Origin: Nitratiruptor sp.
Lineage (GTDB): Bacteria; Campylobacterota; Campylobacteria; Campylobacterales; Nitratiruptoraceae
Reading direction: 5' to 3'
Length of the DNA stretch: 64,000 nt
Assembly: GCA_009659925.1 (NCBI GenBank)
Contig: PUXW01000008.1
Coordinates: 3,398-67,397, forward strand
Positions within the stretch are counted from its first letter, which is position 1. Every line of letters begins with the position of its first letter. Below, one piece after another: positions 54,424-64,000 of the stretch. The notes under the pieces are model-generated. The model did not search any database. It saw nothing but the letters and a program-made list of their open reading frames with translations, and had not been told where the DNA came from. A program made the position numbers and the translations under genes.

Positions 54424-54451
54424 ATTATAGCAAAAGTGAAGACCAAGTCAA
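54424..54451 (-). promoter_or_regulatory. near-consensus sigma70-type promoter (TTGACT-16 nt-TATAAT) for the 12-gene operon
   Basis: The minus strand reads 'ccTTGACTtggtcttcacttttgcTATAATaatt'. It lies between tRNA-Asn and the first operon gene, about 155 nt upstream of the TTG start. Confidence 0.4.
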
Positions 54452-54486
54452 GGAGTTGCAGATTCAAGGTGTGGAGTGAGAGGAAG

Positions 54487-54561
54487 TGGCTCCGGATGCA
54501 GGATTCGAACCTGCGACCAACCGGTTAACAGCCGGTTGCTCTACCGCTGAGCTAATCCGGA
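54487..54561 (-). tRNA. tRNA-Asn (anticodon GTT)
   Basis: 75 nt and folds by hand: acceptor TCCGGAT/ATCCGGA, D stem GCTC/GAGC, anticodon stem ACCGG/CCGGT with loop CTGTTAA, T stem GCAGG/CCTGC with TTCGAAT loop, encoded CCA. Confidence 0.92.
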
Positions 54562-54583
54562 ACATCGGCTTTTCGTGAGTAGA

Positions 54584-54589
54584 ATTATA
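54584..54589 (-). promoter_or_regulatory. candidate -10 (TATAAT) for tRNA-Asn
   Basis: The minus strand reads 'tttgccTATAATtctac', about 22 nt upstream of the mature tRNA 5' end. Confidence 0.35.
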
Positions 54590-54608
54590 GGCAAATTTAT
54601 CCTCCCTG

Positions 54609-55526
54609 TCAAGAGCTCTTGGCCCGATAGAAGGAGATCTTTCCCCTTTGCTCGAGCCAGACTCTCCCCTGATTCACAAGCTCTTGGAGGAGGTTGCGGG
54701 TCTCGGGTGCCAGGAGGATATGGACATCCTCTTGGCTTAAAGGGCGGTGGGCTAGGAGGTGGAGGAGCTCTTGGGATGTGAGGGTGATGGGAGAAGCGGT
54801 TTGATCGGTGTGGCGGGTCAAGATGGCTAGGGGGAGGTTGTGGATGGAGCGGGAGAGCTCAAAGAGGCGCTGGTAGGTGACGGGAGCGACCCGGTAAGCT
54901 GGGGGACGATCGATGGTCCCAATGTCGACGCGATCGGGGCGGATGCGCTGGAGGGCCTCGTTGAGGGCTCGAAACTCCGACTCCTTGTCGTTGATGCCCT
55001 GGACGACGAGAATCTCGATGATGAGCATGCCTCGATACTCCTGGCGAAAGCGCTCCATTCCTTGGATGATGGATTGGATCTTTATACCCTTCATGGGGCG
55101 ATCGAGCCTTTGAAAGCAGCGCTGGGTAGCGCAATCGAGGGAGAGTTTGACCATGTCGAGTTTGGCCAGGCTAGCCCGGAGGGAGGGATTGATGATCCGG
55201 GAGGCGTTGGAGAGGATGAGGAGCTGGCTCTTCCCCTTGATCTGGTGGAGCCCCTCGATGAGTTGGTCGAGGTAGGGATAGAGAGTTGGCTCCCCATTGG
55301 CGGTGATGGTGAGGACGTCGAGGTCGCGAAAGCGGGCAAGCTGTTGGCGAACCTCGTGGAGGATGGGTTCTGGCGGAGGTGGATCGGGAATCTTTCCCGT
55401 CGGTTTTGCCGGTGCAAGCTCGCAGTAGAGGCAGTCGAAGGTACACGACTTGGTCCCAGGGGAGAGATCGATCCCGAGGGAGCGTCCGAACCGCCGGGAG
55501 TTGATGGGGCCGAAGGTGTACCTCAT
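54609..55526 (-). CDS. radical SAM domain protein
   Basis: '[17 protein letters not shown]' followed by the CxxxCxxC motif 'CTFDCLYC'; 305 aa; 4-nt overlap with hemE. Confidence 0.8.
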   Translation of the reverse strand: MRYTFGPINSRRFGRSLGIDLSPGTKSCTFDCLYCELAPAKPTGKIPDPPPPEPILHEVRQQLARFRDLDVLTITANGEPTLYPYLDQLIEGLHQIKGKSQLLILSNASRIINPSLRASLAKLDMVKLSLDCATQRCFQRLDRPMKGIKIQSIIQGMERFRQEYRGMLIIEILVVQGINDKESEFRALNEALQRIRPDRVDIGTIDRPPAYRVAPVTYQRLFELSRSIHNLPLAILTRHTDQTASPITLTSQELLHLLAHRPLSQEDVHILLAPETRNLLQELVNQGRVWLEQRGKISFYRAKSS

Positions 55527-56545
55527 CGGCGGGTCAGATCGTGGACCAGTTCGACTAGATATTTGGCATTTTCCACAGGGGTGTCGGGGAGCATCCCATG
55601 GCCCAGATTGAAGATATGGCCTGGACGTGCTCCCATGACCTCGATAATCCTTTCGACCCCCTCTTTGGTGGCTTCCCGATCATAGAGTCTGGCTGGGTCC
55701 ATATTCCCCTGGAGGACATAGCGTTTGCCTAGACGCTTCTTGGCCAGCTCCATCGGAGTACCCCAATCGACTCCGAAGACATCGAAGGGGCCCTCAATCC
55801 CATCCAAATACCCGGCAATCCCCTTGGGGAAGAGGATGATGGGGATTTCGGGATGGCGCTCCTTGAGGAAGGCGGCAATATCGACGAGATAGTCCCAGCT
55901 GAACTCGAAGAACTTCTCCCGCTCCAGAGCACTCGCCCAGCTGTCAAAGATTTGGATGGCATTGACCCCCGCCTCGATCTGCTTGAGCAGGTAGGCCTTG
56001 ATGGCCTCGCTCACTTTGATGAGGAGGGCGTGGAGGGTTCCTGGATCGGCGTAGACCATCTGTTTGATGGCGGCGTAACTCTTGGAGCCTCCTCCCTCCA
56101 CCATGTAGGTGGCCAGGGTCCAGGGGGCTCCGCTAAAGCCGATAAGGGCCTTCTCCTGGGGAAGTGTGGAGCGTACGATCCGGATGGTCTCGTAGACATA
56201 GCCCAAGCGCTCTTCGGGATAGTCGTAGAGGGCTTCCACGTCGGCGAGGGTGGCCACCGGTTTGGAAAAGACCGGCCCCTCCCCCTTTTCGAAGCGCAGT
56301 TCCATCCCCATCTCCATCGGGATGACCAAGATGTCGCTGAAGAGAATGGCCGCGTCCACATCGAGAATCTCAATGGGCTGCAGGGTGACCTCGGCGGCCA
56401 TTTGAGGATCCTTGCACAAGGTCAAGAAGTCCCCCGCCTTGCGTCGAACCTCCATGTATTCGGGCAGGTAACGGCCGGCTTGGCGCATCATCCAGATCGG
56501 GGTGTAGGGAGTCGGTTTGCGGAAGCAGGCGTCGACGAAGATCAT
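55523..56545 (-). CDS. hemE: uroporphyrinogen decarboxylase
   Basis: '[15 protein letters not shown]' signature; 340 aa. Confidence 0.92.
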   Translation of the reverse strand: MIFVDACFRKPTPYTPIWMMRQAGRYLPEYMEVRRKAGDFLTLCKDPQMAAEVTLQPIEILDVDAAILFSDILVIPMEMGMELRFEKGEGPVFSKPVATLADVEALYDYPEERLGYVYETIRIVRSTLPQEKALIGFSGAPWTLATYMVEGGGSKSYAAIKQMVYADPGTLHALLIKVSEAIKAYLLKQIEAGVNAIQIFDSWASALEREKFFEFSWDYLVDIAAFLKERHPEIPIILFPKGIAGYLDGIEGPFDVFGVDWGTPMELAKKRLGKRYVLQGNMDPARLYDREATKEGVERIIEVMGARPGHIFNLGHGMLPDTPVENAKYLVELVHDLTRR

Positions 56546-57078
56546 TCGTGCTCCTTCTCGTCGGAGTGGTCCACCCCCTTGTGGAGGAAGTAGAGTCCCA
56601 TAGCCAAAGCGAAGATGGAGAGGGCGAAATAGAGCATCTCCAAGGCTCCCCCATACTCCATGTGGATCACCCGACGGAAGAAGCTAACGATGAGGACCAT
56701 GATGATGACCTTGGCCAGCTTGTCCTTGAGCTGGTCCAGGTTCTTGATCTTCAAGATACTGCTGCTCTCACTCTCCTCGGCCGGGTCGATCTTGGAGATA
56801 AAAAGCTCGTAGACTCCGAAGCTAAAAAGGAGCATCACGACGGCGATGAGATAGAGATCGACGGCACCGATAATATCTCCTACGATCTTTTCGTGGAAAT
56901 TGGCTGGATGGTTGTGGTGGAGGATCGCCTCGATGGTGTAGATGGCCACATTATAAATATCCATGCTGGCCACGACGAAGAGGATGATGGCCCCGACCAT
57001 GCCAAAGACCACGGCCAAGAGGGTGAAGAGGCGGCTGTTCCAGAGGAGATGTTCGAAGATGTATTCCAGGAGTCTCAT
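56542..57078 (-). CDS. YqhA/UPF0114-family membrane protein
   Basis: '[24 protein letters not shown]' and later TMs. Start set at MRLLEYIF, immediately after the asd stop. Confidence 0.65.
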   Translation of the reverse strand: MRLLEYIFEHLLWNSRLFTLLAVVFGMVGAIILFVVASMDIYNVAIYTIEAILHHNHPANFHEKIVGDIIGAVDLYLIAVVMLLFSFGVYELFISKIDPAEESESSSILKIKNLDQLKDKLAKVIIMVLIVSFFRRVIHMEYGGALEMLYFALSIFALAMGLYFLHKGVDHSDEKEHE

Positions 57079-58106
57079 TGGTCGTACTCCAGTTCCACCC
57101 ACTTTTGGGCGATGCGAACCGCGTTGGTGGCGGCCCCAACCCGTAGGTTGTCGGCGACGACCCAGATGTGCAAGACATTATCCCGATAGAGGTCTTGGCG
57201 GATCCGTCCGACGAAGGTCTCGTCCCGGTCTACAACCATGATAGGCATCGGATAGGCGAGGTTCTCGGGATCGTCGACGACCACCAGATTCTTACCCTCT
57301 TCCAGGACTCTCCTCGCCTTAGCCGCATCTACTGGTCCCTCGAACCAGATGGTAACCGCTTCACTGTGGCCTCGGAGCACCGGAACACGGACACATGTGG
57401 CTGCAACCTCGATCTCCTTGTGCATGATCTTCTTGGTCTCGTTGACCATCTTCATCTCTTCTTTGGTGTAGCCATTCTCCATGAAGCGGTCGATTTGGGG
57501 GATGACGTTGAGGGCGATTTGGTGGGGGAAGACCTCATGGGGGCTCTCGTCGAGCTTGAAGGCAAAAAAGTCCTTCATCTGCATGACCATCTCCTCCATG
57601 GCGCTCTTACCAGCACCGCTGGTGGCCTGATAGGTAGCCACATCGACCCGTTTAACCCCAAAGGCGTCGTCAAGGGGTTTGAGGGCTTGGACCATCTGGA
57701 TCGTAGAGCAGTTGGGATTGGCGATAATCCCCTTGTTGCGCCAGGCGGCGATATCCTGGGGGTTGACCTCGGGTACGACCAGGGGGACCTCTGGATCCAT
57801 GCGGAAGTGGCTGGTATTGTCGATGACTACCGCCCCAGCTTCGGCGGCGAAGGGGGCGAAGTGGGCCGATACCCTTCCCCCTGCGCTAAAAAGGGCGATT
57901 TCGATATCCTCCTGTTCGAAGACCTCTTCGGTGAGCTCCTGGACCTTGACGGGCTCCCCTTTGAACTCCACCTCCTTGCCCACGCTCCGGGCACTGGCGA
58001 GGGGAACCAGCTTGGCCACTGGGAAGTTGACCTCCTCTAAAACCCGAAGCATCTCCTCTCCCACGGCTCCCGTAGCGCCGACGACGGCTACATTAAAGGT
58101 TTTCAT
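57075..58106 (-). CDS. asd: aspartate-semialdehyde dehydrogenase
   Basis: '[11 protein letters not shown]', 'IANPNCSTI' (active-site Cys) and 'RVPVLRGHS'. Start set at MKTFNV, with an AAGGAGGAAG SD. Confidence 0.92.
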   Translation of the reverse strand: MKTFNVAVVGATGAVGEEMLRVLEEVNFPVAKLVPLASARSVGKEVEFKGEPVKVQELTEEVFEQEDIEIALFSAGGRVSAHFAPFAAEAGAVVIDNTSHFRMDPEVPLVVPEVNPQDIAAWRNKGIIANPNCSTIQMVQALKPLDDAFGVKRVDVATYQATSGAGKSAMEEMVMQMKDFFAFKLDESPHEVFPHQIALNVIPQIDRFMENGYTKEEMKMVNETKKIMHKEIEVAATCVRVPVLRGHSEAVTIWFEGPVDAAKARRVLEEGKNLVVVDDPENLAYPMPIMVVDRDETFVGRIRQDLYRDNVLHIWVVADNLRVGAATNAVRIAQKWVELEYDQ

Positions 58107-60558
58107 CGACTTCCTCCTTCTCCTCTTTGGGGCATTTGGCGATGCTGACCACCTTATCCCCCGATTCGACCCGGACAATCATGACGCCGCTGGTGTTGCG
58201 TCCGGCTTTGCGGATACTCTCCATGTCGACCCGGATCATTTTGCCCTTGGATGTGAGGACCATGAGATCCTTATCCTCTTCGACGCTTACCACCCCCACC
58301 ACATTGCCGGTTCTGGGGGTAAGCTTCATGGCAATAACCCCCTTGCCACCTCGGGATTGCTCCCGGTACTCCCTGGCCTCCGTGCGCTTGCCGATTCCTT
58401 TTTCGCTCACGGTCAGGAGCTCTTGCTCTTCGTTGTAGATCGTCTCGGCTCCGACGACATAATCCCCTTCGAACTTGAAGCGAATGCCTGTAACACCTCG
58501 GGCCGTTCGTCCCATCTCCCGTACATCTTCGACCCGGAAACGGATGCACATCCCCTTGTGGGTGATGATGAAGAGCCAACGGGTCTTGGGGTCGACGATC
58601 TTGGCGGTTACCAGCTCGTCGTTCTCATCTAGGGTGATAGCCCGCACCCCTTTGGAGCGGATGTTGCTAAATTCTGCCAAGTTGGTGCGCTTGACGATGC
58701 CGTTTTTGGTGAAGAAGGCCAGAGATTTGTCCTCACTAAAGTCGGTGGTGGGGATGATGGCCTTGATCTTCTCGTTGGGTTCAAGTTGCAAGAGGTTGAC
58801 CACCGCCTTTCCCTTGGCGTTGCGCCCAGCCTCTGGGATACGGTAGACCTTGAGCCAGTAGAGCTGGCCCCGGTCGGTAATGAACATCAGGGTATCATGG
58901 GCATTGGAGACGAAGAAGTCCTCGATAAAGTCGTCCTCGTAGGTTATGACCGCCGTCTTCCCCTTGCCACCGCGCTTTTGCTTCTCGTAGAGCTTGAGGG
59001 GGGTGCGCTTGATGTAGCCTCGATGGGTGATGGTGACTACCATCGGTTCGTTGGGGATGAGGTCCTCGATCTCGATCTCGTCGTAGTCCTCGACGATTTG
59101 GGTCAAACGGGGGGTGGAGAAGCGCTCTTTGATCTCCAGGAGCTCCTCCTTGATGATGGCGTTGAGCTTCCCTTCGTCCTTGAGGATCTGTTGGAGCTCG
59201 TCGATCTTTTGCAGTAGTTGGCGATGCTCCTGGTCGAGGCGCTCTTGTTCGAGTCCTGTGAGCCGTTGGAGGCGCATCTCCAGGATAGCCCCGCTTTGGG
59301 CCTCGCTTAGGCCGAGGCGATCCATCAAAGCTCCCCGGGCCGCCTGGGCGTCGTGGCTTCCTTTGATATCCCCCACCACCCCGTCAATATTCTCCAAGGC
59401 CTTCAAGAGCCCCTCGACAATGTGGAGCCGGGCCCTGGCCCGCTCCAGTTCGAAAATGGTGCGGCGGATGACTACCGTACGGCGGTGGTTTAAGAAGAGG
59501 TGGAGCAGATCGAGGAGGGTGAAGACCTTGGGCTCCTTGTTGTGGATGGCCAGGAGGTTGATGCCGAAGGTGATCTCCATTTGGGTCTGTTTGTAGAGGT
59601 TGTTGAGGACGATCTCTGGGATGGCATCCTTCTTGAGTTCGATGACCACCCGAACCCCCTCCCGATCGCTCTCGTCACGGATCTCGGCGATCCCTTCGAT
59701 CTGCTTCTCCCGTACGAGGCTGGCAATCTGTTCGACGAGGCGGGCCTTGTTGACCTGGTAGGGGATCTCGGTGATGACGATCGCCTCCTTATTTTTGGAG
59801 CGCTCGAAGGTGGTCTTGGCCCGGATCTTGATGCGTCCCCGCCCACTTCGATAGGCGGCTATGATCCCCTGTTTGCCGTAGATGATGCCCCCTGTAGGAA
59901 AATCTGGCCCTTGAATATGCTCCATCACCTCACTCAAATCGGCTCCCGGACGCTCGATCAAAAGGACCAAGGCATCCACCAGTTCATCGAGCCTGTGGGG
60001 GGGGATGTTGGTGGCCATCCCCACGGCGATCCCACTGGATCCGTTGAGCAAGAGATTGGGTACCCGGGCCGGTAGGACATCCGGCTCACTCAAGCTCTCG
60101 TCGTAGTTGGGGACGAAATCGACGGTATCTTTGTCGATGTCGCGCAACAACTCTTCGGCGAGGGGGCGCATCCGGGCCTCGGTATAGCGCATGGCCGCGG
60201 CGTTATCTCCGTCGATGGATCCAAAGTTCCCCTGACCATCGACGAGGGGCAGACGCATGCTAAAGGGCTGGGCCATACGCACCAGGGCCTCATAGACCGC
60301 ACTATCCCCGTGGGGGTGGTATTTACCGATCACATCCCCGACAATCCGGGCACTCTTCTTGTAGGGGGCCTTACTGTGAAGCCCGAGCTCGTGCATTGCG
60401 TAGAGGATGCGCCGGTGGACCGGTTTGAGGCCATCCCTGGCGTCGGGAAGGGCCCGACCGATGATGACGCTCATGGAATAATCGAGGTAGCTATTTTTAA
60501 CCGACTCCTCAATATCGATCTCTTGGATATCTTGGTGGTTTTGGAAAAGATCCTCCAT
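58093..60558 (-). CDS. gyrA: DNA gyrase subunit A
   Basis: 'AMRYTE' catalytic-Tyr region, '[18 protein letters not shown]' (QRDR) and C-terminal beta-pinwheel repeats. The Met at 60558 has a GAGGA SD with a 5-nt spacer; the track's ATG at 60570 is the alternative. Confidence 0.95.
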   Translation of the reverse strand: MEDLFQNHQDIQEIDIEESVKNSYLDYSMSVIIGRALPDARDGLKPVHRRILYAMHELGLHSKAPYKKSARIVGDVIGKYHPHGDSAVYEALVRMAQPFSMRLPLVDGQGNFGSIDGDNAAAMRYTEARMRPLAEELLRDIDKDTVDFVPNYDESLSEPDVLPARVPNLLLNGSSGIAVGMATNIPPHRLDELVDALVLLIERPGADLSEVMEHIQGPDFPTGGIIYGKQGIIAAYRSGRGRIKIRAKTTFERSKNKEAIVITEIPYQVNKARLVEQIASLVREKQIEGIAEIRDESDREGVRVVIELKKDAIPEIVLNNLYKQTQMEITFGINLLAIHNKEPKVFTLLDLLHLFLNHRRTVVIRRTIFELERARARLHIVEGLLKALENIDGVVGDIKGSHDAQAARGALMDRLGLSEAQSGAILEMRLQRLTGLEQERLDQEHRQLLQKIDELQQILKDEGKLNAIIKEELLEIKERFSTPRLTQIVEDYDEIEIEDLIPNEPMVVTITHRGYIKRTPLKLYEKQKRGGKGKTAVITYEDDFIEDFFVSNAHDTLMFITDRGQLYWLKVYRIPEAGRNAKGKAVVNLLQLEPNEKIKAIIPTTDFSEDKSLAFFTKNGIVKRTNLAEFSNIRSKGVRAITLDENDELVTAKIVDPKTRWLFIITHKGMCIRFRVEDVREMGRTARGVTGIRFKFEGDYVVGAETIYNEEQELLTVSEKGIGKRTEAREYREQSRGGKGVIAMKLTPRTGNVVGVVSVEEDKDLMVLTSKGKMIRVDMESIRKAGRNTSGVMIVRVESGDKVVSIAKCPKEEKEEVDENL

Positions 60559-60586
60559 TGAAATCCTCATCGTAAAAATTTTGGAT

Positions 60587-60592
60587 ATTATA
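60587..60592 (-). promoter_or_regulatory. candidate -10 (TATAAT) for gyrA
   Basis: The minus strand reads 'aaaaggcTATAATatcc', in the 57-nt spacer after nirA. Confidence 0.3.
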
Positions 60593-60627
60593 GCCTTTTT
60601 CGACTAATGGAGACTTGAAAGGGGGAG

Positions 60628-62517
60628 CTAGGAGAGCTCCTGGAGGATCTCGCTAAAGACCTGGTAGCGCCCTGTTGGAGCTACCATTTTATAGACGATG
60701 TCGGCGATCTTTTCTGGCAGCTGGGGGTTGAGCCTTCTGGGGTGCTCAGGTTTAGCAGAACCTACGGGCTGGAAGTTGTAAACTTCCAAGTAGGCTTTAT
60801 CCGCTGTGAGGCCTTTGTAGATCTCAAGACCGAAATCGAAGATCTCCAGTGGCTCGAAGCGGCCGATAGGGCGGCGGTTGAGGAGGCTAAAGCGGTATTG
60901 CAATCCGGCTTGTTTCAGGGCGTAGTTGAAGGCCATTAAGAAGGCGATGGCTCCAGAGGAGAAGGGGGCGAGCACCTGGTTGTAGAAGGCCTCGAAACGC
61001 TCATACCCACTCTTAGCGAACTCGCGCATCATCTCTTCGATAAACCCCTTGGCTTTGGGGAGGGGGACAGCCTTGAGGATGGTGCGAGCTTCCCTAGGGG
61101 CTTGAAAACTTCCCCCCATGAGGATGTCTACCGCCTCCACCGTCTCTCCGTCGACTCTGGCCTTGGCCCCGACGAAGCCGATATCCCCCCACTCGTGGAT
61201 CCCACACCCTTTCACGCACGCGCTCCAGTGCATGCGAATTTTTCCTACATCGGGGACCTGCTGGCTCAAGTATTGGGCCAGTTCGATGGCATCAGGCTTA
61301 TTGGCGATGACCCCAAAGCTACACTCATTTTTCCCAGCGCAAGCTACCAGGTTGTTGAAGTAGGGGGAGTGGATGTTTTTGTATTTGCCAAAGAGGGGCT
61401 TTGCAAGGAGATCGGAGATGTTGGATGCGGAAATGTTGGTGATATAGAAGTTTTGTTCCACCGTAAGGCGCACCTCTCCCCCATGTTCGGCGGCGATCTG
61501 GCCGGCTTCGAGCATATCGCTTCCGCTAAAAATTCCCCCCGGCACCACTCCATGTAGGGCGAAACTCCCATCTTTGAGCTGTACTTTCCCCATGTTTGGC
61601 TCGAAGTGCTCCATCTTGCACAACCTCTCTCCAGCGCGCTCATATTTTTGACCGCAAAACTCTTCCAAAGCTGCACGGAAGTTGGCCATCCCCACTGCTT
61701 CGATGAGGAAATAGAGACGATTCTTGTTGCGGTTGTCGCGAAAACCATACTCACGGAAGAGCTCAATGAGCTTCTGGTAGAAGGGGACCACCTCGTCGGG
61801 GGTCAGGAAGATATCGGCATCCTTGGCGATCTTGCCTACTTTACCTCCTAGGTAGACGTTGTAGCCATAGAGGCCATCCCGCACGGCTAGGGCAAAACAG
61901 GCGTCATGGCCGTAGAGGTTGCACCGGTTGGCGAAGGAGCCTGAGATAGAGGTGTTGAACTTGCGGGGCAAGGTACCGATCCACTCGGGCCGCTTCAAGA
62001 AGAGCTCTTGCATTGCCAGGAGGGTGGGATAGCTAGCAAGGACGTTGTCGAAGGCCAGGCCATCGAGGGGGTCAGTGACGATGTTGCGTAGATTGTCGAT
62101 GCCGGTCTGGTAGGTGGTGATGCCCACGCTTTCAAGGCGCTCAAAAATTTCGGGGACATCTTCTATTCTGATGGAGCGCAGTTCCACCTGCATCCGGGTG
62201 GTGATATCGATGTAGTCGTTGCCAAACTCTTTGGCGACCTCCCCAAGGGTTTGGGCCTGCTTTGGTGTGAGGCGACCTCCAGGAATGCGCACCCGAAGCA
62301 TAAACCGCTTCGGAGTGAACTCATTTTTGTCAAAGAGGCCAAAATATTTCAAAAAGACACCCTTATCCTCTTCGCTCAGGGCATCGTACCCCTTTTTGGA
62401 GAGCTCCAAGAGCCGCTCAAAAGCCTCTTTTGGACTGAGTTTCTCCTTGATTTTCTCTATTTTGTTGATCTTTTTGCTCCGTTTTTCTTTCGCTTTTGCT
62501 AGAAGTTCGATCATCAC
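60628..62517 (-). CDS. nirA: ferredoxin-type nitrite/sulfite reductase (NirA-like), with C-terminal extension
   Basis: Siroheme/[4Fe-4S] motifs 'CAGKNEC' (Cx5C, residues 393-399) and 'CVKGC' (Cx3C, 434-438). It lies adjacent to and downstream of a nitrate reductase gene. Confidence 0.8.
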   Translation of the reverse strand: MMIELLAKAKEKRSKKINKIEKIKEKLSPKEAFERLLELSKKGYDALSEEDKGVFLKYFGLFDKNEFTPKRFMLRVRIPGGRLTPKQAQTLGEVAKEFGNDYIDITTRMQVELRSIRIEDVPEIFERLESVGITTYQTGIDNLRNIVTDPLDGLAFDNVLASYPTLLAMQELFLKRPEWIGTLPRKFNTSISGSFANRCNLYGHDACFALAVRDGLYGYNVYLGGKVGKIAKDADIFLTPDEVVPFYQKLIELFREYGFRDNRNKNRLYFLIEAVGMANFRAALEEFCGQKYERAGERLCKMEHFEPNMGKVQLKDGSFALHGVVPGGIFSGSDMLEAGQIAAEHGGEVRLTVEQNFYITNISASNISDLLAKPLFGKYKNIHSPYFNNLVACAGKNECSFGVIANKPDAIELAQYLSQQVPDVGKIRMHWSACVKGCGIHEWGDIGFVGAKARVDGETVEAVDILMGGSFQAPREARTILKAVPLPKAKGFIEEMMREFAKSGYERFEAFYNQVLAPFSSGAIAFLMAFNYALKQAGLQYRFSLLNRRPIGRFEPLEIFDFGLEIYKGLTADKAYLEVYNFQPVGSAKPEHPRRLNPQLPEKIADIVYKMVAPTGRYQVFSEILQELS

Positions 62518-62545
62518 TCTCTCCAGAATGTGGTATAAGTTGCAT

Positions 62546-62614
62546 GTAGCAGTAGGATTTTGCCTTTGAGATGGTTGAAGGAGCGGGTAGGTCGGCCTTG
62601 ACCGACCCTTTTTT
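62546..62614 (+). ncRNA. candidate ~70-nt antisense sRNA in the nasA-nirA spacer (speculative)
   Basis: A plus-strand extended -10 TGGTATAAG (62531-62539) is followed about 50 nt later by the hairpin GGTCGG-n6-CCGACC (62590-62607) and CTTTTTTG. No plus-strand CDS lies here. Confidence 0.2.
62590..62614 (+). terminator. intrinsic-terminator-like hairpin plus T-tract, oriented on the plus strand
   Basis: GGTCGG ccttga CCGACC followed by cTTTTTTg. The flanking genes are on the minus strand, where the hairpin is preceded by an A-tract rather than followed by a U-tract. Confidence 0.3.
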
Positions 62615-62632
62615 GCCTGCTCCGGGAGGCGT

Positions 62633-64000
62633 TTACGCCTCCTGCCCCTCCTTGGTCGATGTTCTTTTCTGGGCTTTGCCCTCTTGTTCCATTGTCAACT
62701 CCCCTGCAATCTCCTCTTCTAATGTGAGTCCTTGAGGGCACTTTTCGCTCACAATCTGCACCGCCGTCTGTTTATAGTTGGGCTCGCCGCTGATGGGGTC
62801 GAAGAGGCTTTGGGTGAGGGTGTTGACCAGCTGGGTGTTGTAGTGAAAGGGTACGAAAACCTGGCCAGGGGCCACCAGGTTGGTGACGCGCACTACCAGA
62901 TTCTCCACCTTGCCCCGGGGACTTTTGAGTGTGACCCGGTCGTAGTTTTTCACACCAAGTTTGGCCGCATCTTTTGGATTGATGTCGATCCAGGCCTCTG
63001 GGGCAAGATTATCCAAAATGGCGATCTGGCCCGTCTTGGTGCGGGTGTGGAAGTGCTCTACGGTGCGGCCGGTGTTGAGTAGCACAGGATAGGCTTTGCT
63101 GACTGGCTCTTCCAACGGTTTCCAATCAGCTGCGATGAAACGGGCTTTGCCATCTTCATGCTCAAAGGGCATATTCTCACCATAGAGTCTGGTGCACCCT
63201 TGAGGGTATTTGTCGTTGCAGGGCCACTGGATACCGCCAAGCGCTTCGATCTTTTCATATGTCATACCGCTATAGTCGCAGAGTCTCCCCTTGGAGATGC
63301 GCCGGATCTCCTCAAAGGCGTCGCGAGGCTCCTTCCAGCCAGCAAAGAGGAGATTGCGCAGGCCAAAGTGCTCGCTCAATTCAAGGATAATGTCAAAGTC
63401 GCTCTTTGAATCGCCAAGGGGCTCTACGGCTTTGTTGGCTTTGTTGACACGTCGCTCGCTGTTGGTGTAGGTGCCCTCTTTTTCGCCCCATGTGGCGGCA
63501 GCGAAGATCACATCGGCGATTTGGGCTGTATCACTCATGAAGGCATCTTGCACTACCAAGAGATCGAGCTTTTTAAGAGCTCGGCGCAGCTTGTTCTGAT
63601 CTGGAAAACTCACCAGGGGATTGGTGCAAACGACCCAGAGGGCCTTGATCTCACCCCGATCGATGGCGTCGATGATCTCGCTATATTTGTAGCCCCGTCT
63701 GGTGGGGATGCGATCGATGGGAATGCCGATGAGGTCGGCATACTCCTGGCGATCTTTTTCGCTTTCAAACTTTCGATATCCCGGAATGGCTGAAGTGAAG
63801 CCGAATTCTCGGGTCCCCATAGCGTTGCACTGACCCGTAATGCTAAAGGGGGCGCACCCTTCCTTGCCAATTTTGCCCGTCATAATGGCCAAGTTGTTGA
63901 TGGCGCTCACCGTATCGGTGCCCTGGGCCGATTGGTTGATACCCATGGTCCAGCAGATGAGGCTCTTCTTGCTGGTGGCGTAGAGCTTGGCCAGCTGGTA
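62633..64000 (-). CDS. nasA: assimilatory nitrate reductase catalytic subunit (molybdopterin oxidoreductase), 5' end beyond window
   Basis: 'CWTMGINQSAQGTD' and 'ITGQCNAMG' Mo-bisPGD oxidoreductase motifs, and a C-terminal molydopterin-binding beta-barrel region. The frame stays open to base 64000. Confidence 0.85.
   Translation of the reverse strand, partial: YQLAKLYATSKKSLICWTMGINQSAQGTDTVSAINNLAIMTGKIGKEGCAPFSITGQCNAMGTREFGFTSAIPGYRKFESEKDRQEYADLIGIPIDRIPTRRGYKYSEIIDAIDRGEIKALWVVCTNPLVSFPDQNKLRRALKKLDLLVVQDAFMSDTAQIADVIFAAATWGEKEGTYTNSERRVNKANKAVEPLGDSKSDFDIILELSEHFGLRNLLFAGWKEPRDAFEEIRRISKGRLCDYSGMTYEKIEALGGIQWPCNDKYPQGCTRLYGENMPFEHEDGKARFIAADWKPLEEPVSKAYPVLLNTGRTVEHFHTRTKTGQIAILDNLAPEAWIDINPKDAAKLGVKNYDRVTLKSPRGKVENLVVRVTNLVAPGQVFVPFHYNTQLVNTLTQSLFDPISGEPNYKQTAVQIVSEKCPQGLTLEEEIAGELTMEQEGKAQKRTSTKEGQEA

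Noticed and set aside
39628-54561. Genomic island integrated at the 3' end of tRNA-Asn
   Set aside because: The filament operon sits exactly where an island would. However, I see no integrase, no transposase and no direct repeat of the tRNA 3' end at the far boundary; there the operon's last stop overlaps the modC stop (CTAG). There is no obvious compositional break by eye. This cannot be excluded without a k-mer or GC-skew calculation and comparison with related genomes.
62572-62741. Plus-strand ATG-initiated reading frame starting in the nasA-nirA spacer after a GAAGGAG-like sequence
   Set aside because: It runs antisense into the nasA 3' end and reads straight through the terminator-like hairpin, and its product has no features. 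The region is better explained as RNA structure or an sRNA.

Overview
This is a gene-dense, GC-rich bacterial chromosome segment with about 62 protein genes and one tRNA-Asn. All calls come from reading the translations and DNA by eye; no searches were run.

Lineage (inference): local synteny and promoter style suggest a Campylobacterota-like organism. The evidence is aroQ-pepP-folK-flhG-like, ylxR-infB-rbfA-rimP, an aminofutalosine-type amidohydrolase next to sppA, and recurrent TGnTAyAAT extended -10 boxes.

Most of the window is housekeeping:
- Envelope and lipid: bamA, lpxC, plsY, sppA, an M23 peptidase, and Bat-like VWA/TPR/BatD genes.
- Cofactor and amino-acid biosynthesis: nadA/nadC, folB/folK, ribD, ubiE, hemE, tyrA, aroQ, thrB, asd, prs.
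- Translation and replication: infB, rbfA, rimP, lepA, mnmA, gyrA, xseA.
- Transport and nitrogen: modABC, plus an assimilatory nitrate/nitrite reductase pair at the right edge.
- Signalling: an HK/RR pair and a NIT-PAS-GGDEF-EAL protein.

The one accessory-looking block is a ~14.6-kb, 12-gene, translationally coupled minus-strand operon at 39628-54268, directly downstream of tRNA-Asn.
- It has a type-IV-filament/T2SS-like core: GspE/PilB ATPase, GspF/PilC, a lipoprotein secretin, and GspL-like and PilO/GspM-like proteins.
- It also has two oversized, Cys/Asp-rich prepilin-type proteins (299 and 533 aa) with Cys-flanked DxDxDG-type loops.
- An ABC-2 exporter (ATPase and permease) is interleaved with these genes.
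- A putative PilP/GspC-like protein and a ~915-aa Ig-repeat lipoprotein open the operon.
- No prepilin peptidase, retraction ATPase or small pseudopilins are in the window.

I regard this operon as the best candidate for an undescribed system.

Secondary observations:
- A candidate antisense sRNA in the nasA-nirA spacer.
- Phased repeats in two leader or promoter regions.
- A flhG-like gene with no flhF.
- A small hydrophobic ORF upstream of lepA.
- Repeated 3'-overlapping convergent gene pairs.

The many long antisense ORFs in the track are rejected as GC-bias artefacts.
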